Of a stretch of DNA of 47,467 bases, positions 1 through 10,755 are shown piece by piece. The stretch is from assembly GCF_001194135.2 (NCBI RefSeq), contig NC_068981.1, forward strand, positions 117,733,562-117,781,028, written 5' to 3'. A program made the translations under genes and the position numbers. Origin of the DNA: Octopus bimaculoides. Taxonomy: Eukaryota. The stretch's first letter is position 1. Each line of letters begins with the position of its first letter. The notes beneath the pieces were generated by a model. It was given only the letters and a program-made list of their open reading frames with translations, was not told the DNA's origin and made no database searches.

Positions 1-95
1 CCTGCCTTAGGAGATAGTAGAGGGCATTTGCCAAAAATGATGCATGGTGGTACAAACCTAAAACACAACACGTGGTTGCGAAGCCATGGCTGCGC
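1..95 (-). mobile_element. Degenerate 5' part of tRNA-derived CORE-like SINE
   Basis: Minus strand GGCAAATGCCCTCTACTAT resembles GGCAAGTGTCTTCTA(A/C)TAT of the copies at 39031-39428 and 39977-40373. Confidence 0.4.
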
Positions 96-99
96 ATGC

Positions 100-812
100 A
101 CACACAGACACACACACACACACACACAAACGCACATACGCGCGCGCATTGGTATATATATTTGTACACACACGCATGCACCGCACCCACACATACATAC
201 ACACCCATACATGTAAAAAAAGAGAAAAAGAGAAAGATGAGGGAAGTGAGCGGGAGGAAGGGGGAAGGCAGAATGTGTCGGTCGATTTTAAAAATGATGC
301 AGGGCTTCTTGCACAGTCTGCTATTGATTAGTAAGTCTGTTTGTTTTAGTTTGGTTTTGTGTATGAGCGGTTTCACCCCTTACACCCAGCATTACAGACC
401 CGACGAACAACTGTTCTTCATATACATACCACTCTAAAACATACACACATACACACACACACATACACGTGCACACACACACACACACACACGTGCACGC
501 ATCTAAGACTGTCTGCTTTTGTGTGTATGTGTATATAAACTGTATACGTGCATGTTTGCATCAGTGCACACACACACACACACAAACATATATATACGTA
601 TGTATGTATATACATATATGCATGTATATATATACATGCATGTATGTATGTATATATACACATAAATAAAGATATACATATATATATATGCATTTGTATA
701 TATATATATGTGTGTGTGTATGTATATTTATATGTGTATATATATATGTGTGTGTATATATTTATATACGTATGTATATGTATATATGTATGTATATGTA
801 TATATTTTATTT

Positions 813-851
<39 letters not shown>

Positions 852-975
852 CATACATACATAAATGCATGCATGCATACATACATATTTTATCTTTGAT
901 GTAAGNNNNNNNNNNAATATACATACATACATAAATGCATGCATGCATACATACATATTTTATCTTTGATGTAAG
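100..975. repeat. Mixed (CA)n/(TA)n/(TG)n/(TACA)n microsatellite field
   Basis: Read directly from the sequence; it generates the HT/YI/CV-repeat ORFs. Confidence 0.95.
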
Positions 976-2139
976 TCGTTTAACAGCTGAAAGTCTTCGT
1001 GAAACAAATTTGCCCCAGTAAATTTGTTAGTGTCAGGTACTTACTCAATGGGTCAGTAAATTACGGGAGACACAAACACGACAGACACTTCCACATACTT
1101 NNNNNNNNNNNNNNNNNNNNNNNNNNNNNNNNNNNNNNNNNNNNNNNNNNNNNNNNNNNNNNNNNNNNNNNNNNNNNNNNNNNNNNNNNNNNNNNNNNNN
1201 NNNNNNNNNNNNNNNNNNNNNNNNNNNNNNNNNNNNNNNNNNNNNNNNNNNNNNNNNNNNNNNNNNNNNNNNNNNNNNNNNNNNNNNNNNNNNNNNNNNN
1301 NNNNNNNNNNNNNNNNNNNNNNNNNNNNNNNNNNNNNNNNNNNNNNNNNNNNNNNNNNNNNNNNNNNNNNNNNNNNNNNNNNNNNNNNNNNNNNNNNNNN
1401 NNNNNNNNNNNNNNNNNNNNNNNNNNNNNNNNNNNNNNNNNNNNNNNNNNNNNNNNNNNNNNNNNNNNNNNNNNNNNNNNNNNNNNNNNNNNNNNNNNNN
1501 NNNNNNNNNNNNNNNNNNNNNNNNNNNNNNNNNNNNNNNNNNNNNNNNNNNNNNNNNNNNNNNNNNNNNNNNNNNNNNNNNNNNNNNNNNNNNNNNNNNN
1601 NNNNNNNNNNNNNNNNNNNNNNNNNNNNNNNNNNNNNNNNNNNNNNNNNNNNNNNNNNNNNNNNNNNNNNNNNNNNNNNNNNNNNNNNNNNNNNNNNNNN
1701 NNNNNNNNNNNNNNNNNNNNNNNNNNNNNNNNNNNNNNNNNNNNNNNNNNNNNNNNNNNNNNNNNNNNNNNNNNNNNNNNNNNNNNNNNNNNNNNNNNNN
1801 NNNNNNNNNNNNNNNNNNNNNNNNNNNNNNNNNNNNNNNNNNNNNNNNNNNNNNNNNNNNNNNNNNNNNNNNNNNNNNNNNNNNNNNNNNNNNNNNNNNN
1901 NNNNNNNNNNNNNNNNNNNNNNNNNNNNNNNNNNNNNNNNNNNNNNNNNNNNNNNNNNNNNNNNNNNNNNNNNNNNNNNNTATATACATATTATATACAT
2001 ATTATAATGCACACACTTACACAAGCGTAGTTATAGTATACAGGTTGTTTCATAACAATGAGCCATTTTATACGTCATATTTTAATTTGTAATAAAAATG
2101 CTTGATGTGCCTCTTCATAATGAGACATCCTACAAATGT

Positions 2140-2334
2140 TTATGCAATGCATGCATATATGTGCGTGTATGCGTATGTGTGTGTGTATATATGTATATAT
2201 TTACGTATATTTCCATGAATACAGCTTTATAAATATATGCATGTGTATATATGTGTTTATGGATATGTATGTATACCTACTTACATATATAGGTATGTAT
2301 GTATGTATGTATGTATGTATGTATGTATGTATGT

Positions 2335-2380
<46 letters not shown>
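2140..2380. repeat. Compound (TATG)n-(GATA)n microsatellite
   Basis: A perfect gtat run followed by a gata run at ~2295-2380. Confidence 0.95.
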
Positions 2381-3528
2381 TCCATATATAATTCTGTAAA
2401 TACTAAAATACATTTAACTAACTTATGCATATAAAAAATTGTATACAATGTAAATATGATACAAACAAAACTACACGGAACAACGTGGCTACAATCATTT
2501 CATAATCATGCTCACTTATATAAACATCTACACAACTACGTCTGCACGTGCAAACATAGATACACTCGTGCGCGCACGCACACACACTCAATCACACACA
2601 CACACGTATATATAAACATACACATGAATACATAGATGCATGCACNNNNNNNNNNNNNNNNNNNNNNNNNNNNNNNNNNNNNNNNNNNNNNNNNNNNNNN
2701 NNNNNNNNNNNNNNNNNNNNNNNNNNNNNNNNNNNNNNNNNNNNNNNNNNNNNNNNNNNNNNNNNNNNNNNNNNNNNNNNNNNNNNNNNNNNNNNNNNNN
2801 NNNNNNNNNNNNNNNNNNNNNNNNNNNNNNNNNNNNNNNNNNNNNNNNNNNNNNNNNNNNNNNNNNNNNNNNNNNNNNNNNNNNNNNNNNNNNNNNNNNN
2901 NNNNNNNNNNNNNNNNNNNNNNNNNNNNNNNNNNNNNNNNNNNNNNNNNNNNNNNNNNNNNNNNNNNNNNNNNNNNNNNNNNNNNNNNNNNNNNNNNNNN
3001 NNNNNNNNNNNNNNNNNNNNNNNNNNNNNNNNNNNNNNNNNNNNNNNNNNNNNNNNNNNNNNNNNNNNNNNNNNNNNNNNNNNNNNNNNNNNNNNNNNNN
3101 NNNNNNNNNNNNNNNNNNNNNNNNNNNNNNNNNNNNNNNNNNNNNNNNNNNNNNNNNNNNNNNNNNNNNNNNNNNNNNNNNNNNNNNNNNNNNNNNNNNN
3201 NNNNNNNNNNNNNNNNNTATATATATATATATACATATATATAAGAAAAAGAGATGCCAAAGGAATAAAAGATCATCTAATGAACTTCATTAGCTTACAG
3301 CTGTTTCCGCTATAAGATGCTCTGGACTCATACTTGAGTACCTATATTGTACGTATGAGAAAAAAAACCCAGACCGAAATAGATCCGCAGCGCAAGTATT
3401 ACTGTGGTCTTCGAGGCCGAGCGGTATGCAATACAGTTCAAGGAAATAAGATCAACCGAAACTAGCTTTTGAAATCAGAAAGAGGAAGTTTAGAAGTAAT
3501 GACCTAGGTGGGCGCCGCTCTCTTGGAG

Positions 3529-3863
3529 CAGGGTTTCTCAACCGTTTAATTTGTATATTGACCCCTTTGATTAATATTTTATACTGGTGGCTCTCCATTA
3601 CCATTTGTTGTTTGAAAACTAGTTTTACAGAAAATTCCTTTAAAATTCCTACTTTGTTTTTCACACATTAACTTGTGTCGGTTGAACTATGTAAAATGTG
3701 AAAGAAAACTTTTTCTTGCTATACATGCCAAAACATACATCTAAAGCAACATTTTCCCAGGTGATACTATTGTCGATCCTCAGTTTACTATCTTGTTGAG
3801 TGAACCCGCCAAAATCTAATATGGACGTTCAGGGGCCATATGGACCCCGGTTGAGAACCACAG
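3529..3863. mobile_element. hAT (Charlie-like) MITE, 335 bp
   Basis: Left end CAGGGTTTCTCAACCG; reverse complement of right end CTGTGGTTCTCAACCG (13/16). Flanking 8-mers are TCTTGGAG and CCTTGGTT (5/8, eroded TSD). CAGGG..CTCAACC termini are typical of hAT/Charlie elements. Confidence 0.65.
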
Positions 3864-4250
3864 CCTTGGTTTCAGATGCACCTGTTTGACGGGAATCATT
3901 TATCGGAAGATTTCTCCTGCTCTCCGCTCACCCCTTAACGAGTTTCCACTTATTATATATCGAAAATGTTGAGAGTTTTCACAGCAATAAATTTGTATAT
4001 ATGAATAAAAATACAAGAAATGCTTTGAGAACTGGAAAAAAGAGTCATTTTATACTTTTCATCTAAACAACAAATGATTTCGACCCTTTTCGGCCAGTTC
4101 AATGGTGTATACACGCAGCCCGTCACGTTATATATATGTATGTATGTATGTATNNNNNNNNNNCCCGTCACGTTATATATATGTATGTATGTATGTATTT
4201 TAAGAGACAATATGCATATGCAAGCCTAAAATAATATATAATGTTGTTTT

Positions 4251-4257
4251 ACTCACC
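4251..4257 (-). other. 5' splice donor (phase 1) ending the pappalysin exon
   Basis: Minus strand reads ATT ATT G|GTGAGT, a consensus donor right after the LamG-like VII-G segment. Confidence 0.85.
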
Positions 4258-7174
4258 AATAATAACGGTAGGATTATGCTGCCCTCCTTCGGGTTTCATC
4301 CAGAACTCAATGGTAAATTGTTGCCTTGGAATCATAGATTTTGACATTCCATATTTTTTTTTTAACTTTAGTTGCAAAAGCTGTCTGTTTCCAGAGAAGT
4401 ACGCTGCATTTCCGAAACCATATCCAGGAAATAGTGAAGCTGTAGATGACGATTGTCTGACATCTCGTGCGTACCGAACTCGTATGCCTCTGGATGAGTG
4501 CATCGGTTCTATATATTGTTTTGGATGATGAATAAGATTTTTCAATCCTCCTGTGTGCTTTGGATATCGGCCATGATTCCCGCAGGGTTTATTCTTTTTC
4601 TTGGGTGTCCTATGATGCGGATAGTTTCCTTCTGAATCTTGGAGTCGTTGTCTTTCAATAAAATATTTTGGAACCCCGCTGTCTTGTTCACTATAAAATT
4701 CGCCTTCTTTGTGTTCTTCCTCTTCATAATGATAATCTGGAAGGTATTGCAGAAAGAATGATTTCATAAGTCTGTTATATCGTTCTTCTTCCTTGTATTG
4801 TGCATAATCAATCCAGTATGTACTTGTGTCATTCATATCCTTATGTCTAGGCTTATGCATGTCATGATCGTATTTGTTGTAAAAAATATTTTCATTACCC
4901 TGGTAAAATCCAGTTTCATTATGCGAATAAAAATTCTTATTCAAGCTGTTGTCGTAAAACGTTGCGTTTTCCTTAAATCTGCATTCTGTTCTCGAGTTTA
5001 TTCTGAAAGAATTGTTTCTGTGAGTATTTTCATAGTTTTGTTTAGTTATTTGGTCAGTGAAATATATATCTTTAAATCTAAAATATTTCATTCTCTCGGA
5101 AATCCCGTAATATTTTTGACTATGTTTACTTTCAGTAGCACTTCTCGGAACCCTTGATTCTCTAAATTTTCCAAAATGTCTCTCCTGTACATCATCACCG
5201 GCATTACTCTTATCACAGCTGTTGCATATAACATTACGCGTGCCACCAACTTTCACTTCCTTTGAAGAAATAGCCACAGAATGGACCAAGTTTCCATCGT
5301 TCCATTTTTCAGTGTGATTATTTTTATTTCCATTTGACATTGTCCAAAACTGGTTACTTTCCACAAGTAATCCTTCTTTATGACTTTCTCTATTTTGAAA
5401 ACAGATTTTCAGAATTGTGTTATTTGAATTTCTCAATATTTTAGTTTCAACATCAAGATAATCATTCGAATCTTTGACTCTCACAAGATAACTTCCAAAA
5501 CTTATCACTTTTCTGATGTCGTTTGTTTTATTCCAGTGAGTGTACTTTTTATGAAATGCTTGTGATTGCTTATTATTCCTGTCATCAGAATTTGATGCAG
5601 ACTGTGTATGTGAAGTACTTTCGTGTTCCAATTTCCCGTCATTTCTTAATTTCTTGTGATTGTGATGTAAAGAAACAATGGATCGGTCTATCATAAGTAA
5701 TTGGATTATTTTAATTTTGTCTTTACAATCAATCCAATGTCCATAACCAGGATTTCTTAAAGGAGTAGTTTTTGTAACGAAATATTTCTTCGAGGATACT
5801 TTGTGGTATTTTATATTCAACACATGATCATCAACCACATCTTGATATTCTATGTAATGTAATCCACGCATTCTTTGTAATTGCTTTTGGGTCGGCCATG
5901 TTTTTAAACATTGTTGCAATAACGGAAAAGTAATATTTTTCGACTCATTGAATGTTCGCGTCGTGTTACAAGTTATATCATTGGTCCATCCATGCAATAG
6001 TTTTTTGACGATTATTGTGTTTCCTTGATGACTTTCTGAGCGATCTACTAATGCTACATGTTTCGTTTCACGTATTCGCCCCCAGCAGTCAACAGTCTTC
6101 CACTTATACAATTGAGATGACTCTGAGTTTTTTAATCCAGTTTTCTTAGATATTTCTAGTAAATTCTTAATGCCTCTCCAGTGAGTCTTTGCTGTATATT
6201 TCTCGTTATCAAGGAATCCATCTCCATCTAACTGTGATTCTCGTTTCATTTTCCCATCTTCCATCAATACCGAATTTAGTGTCTTACGAATCGACATTTT
6301 TGTGGACGCCAGGTAAGAATTTCTTGTCCGAACTTCATTTTTGGACAATATTTTCTCCGTCATACGACAGTAATCGGAACATATTTTGGACTTAAACTTT
6401 CCACTCTCCTTAATTTCTTTCCTGTCAATAAATTCATTAAAGAAAGTTGACAGTTTAAAACATGTATCCCTCTTTGTAACATTGTAGTTGCACTTGAAAG
6501 AACTTTTAACAATATAATTCCAATTCCATTTAATAGAAGTTGCTTTGAGAAAGATAACAGTAATATTAGAAACGTTAGCATGAGAATTGGTAATCTTATT
6601 CTCATCATCATCATCATTCTTTCCAGTAGTAGTGGTGGTGGTGGTGGTGGTGGTGGTGGTGGTAGCGGCAGCAACAATAGTAGCGCTAATATGATCGGTA
6701 GTGGGACATGTCGCACCAGTTACCGGTGTAGAAGTACAGGTGAGACCCGCTTTTTTCGGTAAATTAATGCCAGCAAACGATATTGTCTCACTAGGATTAC
6801 ATGTAACAGTAGTAATAATAACGTTACCAGTTCCTGCAGGGATAAAAGTAGACTTTTCAGTAGTAAAAGTTGTAGTAGTATTTTTTTTAGTATTGGTAGT
6901 AGCTGCAGTAGTGGTGGTGGTGGCGGTGGTGGAGATGATAGTAGTAGTAGTAGTAGCTGTTGTTTTTGTAGCAGTTTTCTTTTCAACACCTGTAGCATCA
7001 ACGACAAGAACAGCATCAATAGTAATAATAGTTGTAGTAGTCGCACTGGTAGCGATAGTAGGTGAAGAAGTTGTAATAGAAGTATAGGTATTAGTATTAT
7101 TAGTGGTAGTATTGGTTGCAGCAGTAGCACCAGCAGTTTTTGTTGTCGTTGGTATAGTAGTGGTAGTAGTAGTC

Positions 7175-7208
<34 letters not shown>

Positions 7209-7311
7209 TAGTAGTAGAGTGTAGTAAAGTTGACGTCGGTAGAACAGGTACTCTGATGACGGCCGCTGACGTCGTCACCGCCACCACAGCTACTATTGCC
7301 AAGAAACACAT
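4257..7311 (-). CDS. PAPPA: Pappalysin-family (PAPP-A/PAPP-A2-like) metalloprotease, first (or first visible) coding exon: signal peptide + very long pro-region + start of LamG-like domain
   Basis: The 1020-aa ORF 4249..7311 ends ...NAAYFSGNRQLLQL...PRQQFTIEFWMKPEGGQHNPTVIIG. This matches the human PAPP-A mature N-terminus as recalled (ALYFSGRGEQLRL...PRDAFTLQVWLRAEGGQRSPAVITG). The true ATG at 7311 starts hydrophobic MCFLAIVAVVAVTTSAA and has G at -3. Furin-type RYAR lies at 4476-4465. The ORF runs into a canonical donor G|GTGAGT (exon ends 4257, intron starts 4256), so the ORF stop at 4251-4249 is intronic. PAPPA vs PAPPA2 cannot be resolved; the symbol denotes the family. Confidence 0.85.
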
Positions 7312-8239
7312 CGCTGTAGTAGGGTGGTGCTGGTGCTGGTGGTGCTGGTACTGTTTGTGGTAGTGTCTTTGATGACGGTAATATTTTGATTGTGGTTGTT
7401 GTTGTTGTTGTTGTTGATTTCGCTCCTGCTTGTGATTGAGGTTGTAATTGTGATTGTGCTTGTGGTTGTCGTTGTGGTTATTGTATTTTCGGTTGTGTTT
7501 ATGGCAGTGGCAGTGACAGTGGTGGTGGTGGTGGTGGGGGTGGCTGCGATGAAAATATTGTTTTGCTTGTTGTTGTTGTTTTTGTTGTTCTTGTTGCTGC
7601 TGCTGGTGGCGGCGGTGGCGGCGGTGGCGGCGGTGGAGACTGTGGAAGTGGTGATGACAGCGGTGATGATTGTATTGATATCGGTAATGAAGATGNNNNN
7701 NNNNNNNNNNNNNNNNNNNNNNNNNNNNNNNNNNNNNNNNNNNNNNNNNNNNNNNNNNNNNNNNNNNNNNNNNNNNNNNNNNNNNNNNNNNNNNNNNNNN
7801 NNNNNNNNNNNNNNNNNNNNNNNNNNNNNNNNNNNNNNNNNNNNNNNNNNNNNNNNNNNNNNNNNNNNNNNNNNNNNNNNNNNNNNNNNNNNNNNNNNNN
7901 NNNNNNNNNNNNNNNNNNNNNNNNNNNNNNNNNNNNNNNNNNNNNNNNNNNNNNNNNNNNNNNNNNNNNNNNNNNNNNNNNNNNNNNNNNNNNNNNNNNN
8001 NNNNNNNNNNNNNNNNNNNNNNNNNNNNNNNNNNNNNNNNNNNNNNNNNNNNNNNNNNNNNNNNNNNNNNNNNNNNNNNNNNNNNNNNNNNNNNNNNNNN
8101 NNNNNNNNNNNNNNNNNNNNNNNNNNNNNNNNNNNNNNNNNNNNNNNNNNNNNNNNNNNNNNNNNNNNNNNNNNNNNNNNNNNNNNNNNNNNNNNNNNNN
8201 NNNNNNNNNNNNNNNNNNNNNNNNNNNNNNNNNNNNNNN

Positions 8240-8491
8240 ACATATGCTTCTTTTTCTTCCTTTTCTTCCTTTTCTTCCTTTTCTTTTCAGGTTTCCTTTC
8301 TTTTTCTCATCTTCTTCTTTCTCCTTTCTTTCTTTGTATAATATATTTCTCCTTATTTTATTTTATTTTATTTTATTTCTCTCTGTCGGTCTTTTGTTTT
8401 GTTTTTCTGTTATTTTTCTCTCATCTTCCCTCCGCCTGTATTGTATTGTAATTCTTTTTTCTTTTTTACGTGCGCTTGCTTCTTCCTTAAT

Positions 8492-8531
<40 letters not shown>

Positions 8532-8740
8532 TCACTCTTTCTCTCTTTCTTTCTTTCGTCCTTCCTTTCTTTCTTTCTTTCTTCCTTTCTTTATTTCTTT
8601 CTTTCTTCCTTTCTTTATTTCTTTCTTTCTTTCTTCCTTTCTTCCTTCCTTCCTTTCTTCCTTCCTTTCTTTCTTCCTTCCTTTCTTTCTTCCTTCCTTC
8701 ATTTCTTCCTTCCTTTCTTTCTTTCTCTCTTCCTTCTTAT
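8240..8740. repeat. Polypyrimidine/polypurine tract (CTTT/CCTT/TTTTA)n
   Basis: About 500 bp that is almost purely C/T on the + strand. Confidence 0.9.
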
Positions 8741-8779
8741 TATTGTTTCCTCTCACTCACCGCCAATCTCACTCACACT

Positions 8780-9161
8780 CATTATCATTCATACGATCAA
8801 CAACACCATCACTACCACTGAAACCCTACATCAACAACCACTACCACAAATTACTACTACTACTACTACTACCGACGTCGTCCCCTGCATCCCATAATCA
8901 CTTTCACCACCACCACCACCGCCGCCGCCGCCACCACCACCACCACCACCAACACCACCACCGTGCGTATCACTACCGCAACTATTACTATAGAGTGCTA
9001 CAGACAGGTCTTAGTACCCTCCCATCATCATCATCATCATCATCGTCGTTGTCGTCGTCGTCGTCGTCCTCGTCAATTACAACCACTACACCACTTCAGT
9101 TACACCTATCATTATAACTGTTGCTAACACTAGCTGCTGCTGCTGCTACAACTACTACTAT

Positions 9162-9205
<44 letters not shown>

Positions 9206-9357
9206 GAATTAGTACTATGATAACTACTGACGATCCTTACTGCCTCTGCTAACCTCGCCAACCTCATCACCTTAATTAATAGGACAACCACACACGCTAT
9301 CCCCTTACCATTTCCGTAAAGACCAGCACCACCACAACCACAACCAATACTACTACA

Positions 9358-9405
<48 letters not shown>

Positions 9406-9513
9406 GCAACTAACACCACCATTACTACTACAACTACTACTACTACTATTACTACTACTAATACTACTACTACTGCAACCACGACGACGACGACGACCAC
9501 CACCACCACCACC

Positions 9514-9544
<31 letters not shown>

Positions 9545-9556
9545 ACACTACTACTA

Positions 9557-9642
<86 letters not shown>

Positions 9643-9920
9643 GCCGCAAAACTGCACTTAAAGCATCAAATCTTTTCAAATTATCGCTATAAGTTGGATA
9701 ACGTCCATACAACCACCACCATCGCTACCACCACAATCATCATCATCGTCATCATCATCATCATCATCATTAGCTATGCAGCCAACTACACAAGAGTAAC
9801 AATAGCAACAGCTACAAGAACAAACAACAAAAGAAAGCGTACTACAACAGGTACTTCTATCACCGGCCAACACTATAACACCGCCTCAACAACGACACCA
9901 ACAACATGACAACACGTACA
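8780..9920. repeat. Compound trinucleotide array (ACT)n/(ACC)n/(CAT)n/(CGT)n/(ACG)n
   Basis: Read directly from the sequence; it lies upstream of the pappalysin ATG on the sense (-) strand. Confidence 0.95.
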
Positions 9921-10071
9921 TGTGTTGACACTCCCACAACACACACATACGCACACACACACATGCATACACAAGCGCGTACACACACACACACATGCAC
10001 GTGCGGGTGAACACACGCACACAAGCGCGTGTGCACACACGCACACACGCACGCACACACGCACACACACA

Positions 10072-10109
<38 letters not shown>

Positions 10110-10755
10110 NNNNNNNNNNNNNNNNNNNNNNNNNNNNNNNNNNNNNNNNNNNNNNNNNNNNNNNNNNNNNNNNNNNNNNNNNNNNNNNNNNNNNNNNNNN
10201 NNNNNNNNNNNNNNNNNNNNNNNNNNNNNNNNNNNNNNNNNNNNNNNNNNNNNNNNNNNNNNNNNNNNNNNNNNNNNNNNNNNNNNNNNNNNNNNNNNNN
10301 NNNNNNNNNNNNNNNNNNNNNNNNNNNNNNNNNNNNNNNNNNNNNNNNNNNAATGCATTTAAGTTTGTAAACTATGAGGAAGGGATTGGTTTTTTGCTCG
10401 GAACACCTTTGATAATTTGCTCGAACATACTTGACCTACAACTAAACAAAAAATAAAGGAAAAATAGATTCTAAGGAAAAGAAACAGAAAAGAATGCTAG
10501 TACAGGAAATGTATTCTGCTCGTAATAAATCATATTTACAATTTAAATTACGAACAAAAATTTTATAACTAATATAATCAGCGCAATAACTGCAAATCAA
10601 TAATTTAGAATAACAAGTTACGGAAATACGCACGCGCGCATACACACATGCATGCACGCATACACACACATACATACATACACATGCATATATATATAAT
10701 GTGTGTGTGTGTGTGTGTGTGAGTGTGTGTGTGTATGTGTGTGTATGTACGTGGT

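Noticed and set aside
846-975. 60-bp exact duplication on either side of a 10-N gap
   Set aside because: Typical unmerged contig overlap (assembly artefact).
2037-2135. Possible tiny mariner-type MITE (TACAGGTTGTTTCATAA... / ...CATAATGAGACATCCTACA)
   Set aside because: The ends match only about 12/19; too weak to call.
999-3293. Long ORFs of 200-440 aa here and at 7293-8897, 13325-13810, 27920-28570 and 31022-33416
   Set aside because: They consist of N-gap X residues and microsatellite translations, with no coding signal.
4119-4198. 35-bp exact duplication flanking a 10-N gap
   Set aside because: Same scaffolding artefact.
6360-7363. Val/Leu/Ser-rich overlapping ORFs on both strands of the pappalysin exon
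   Set aside because: Shadow frames of trinucleotide repeats, which rarely contain stops.
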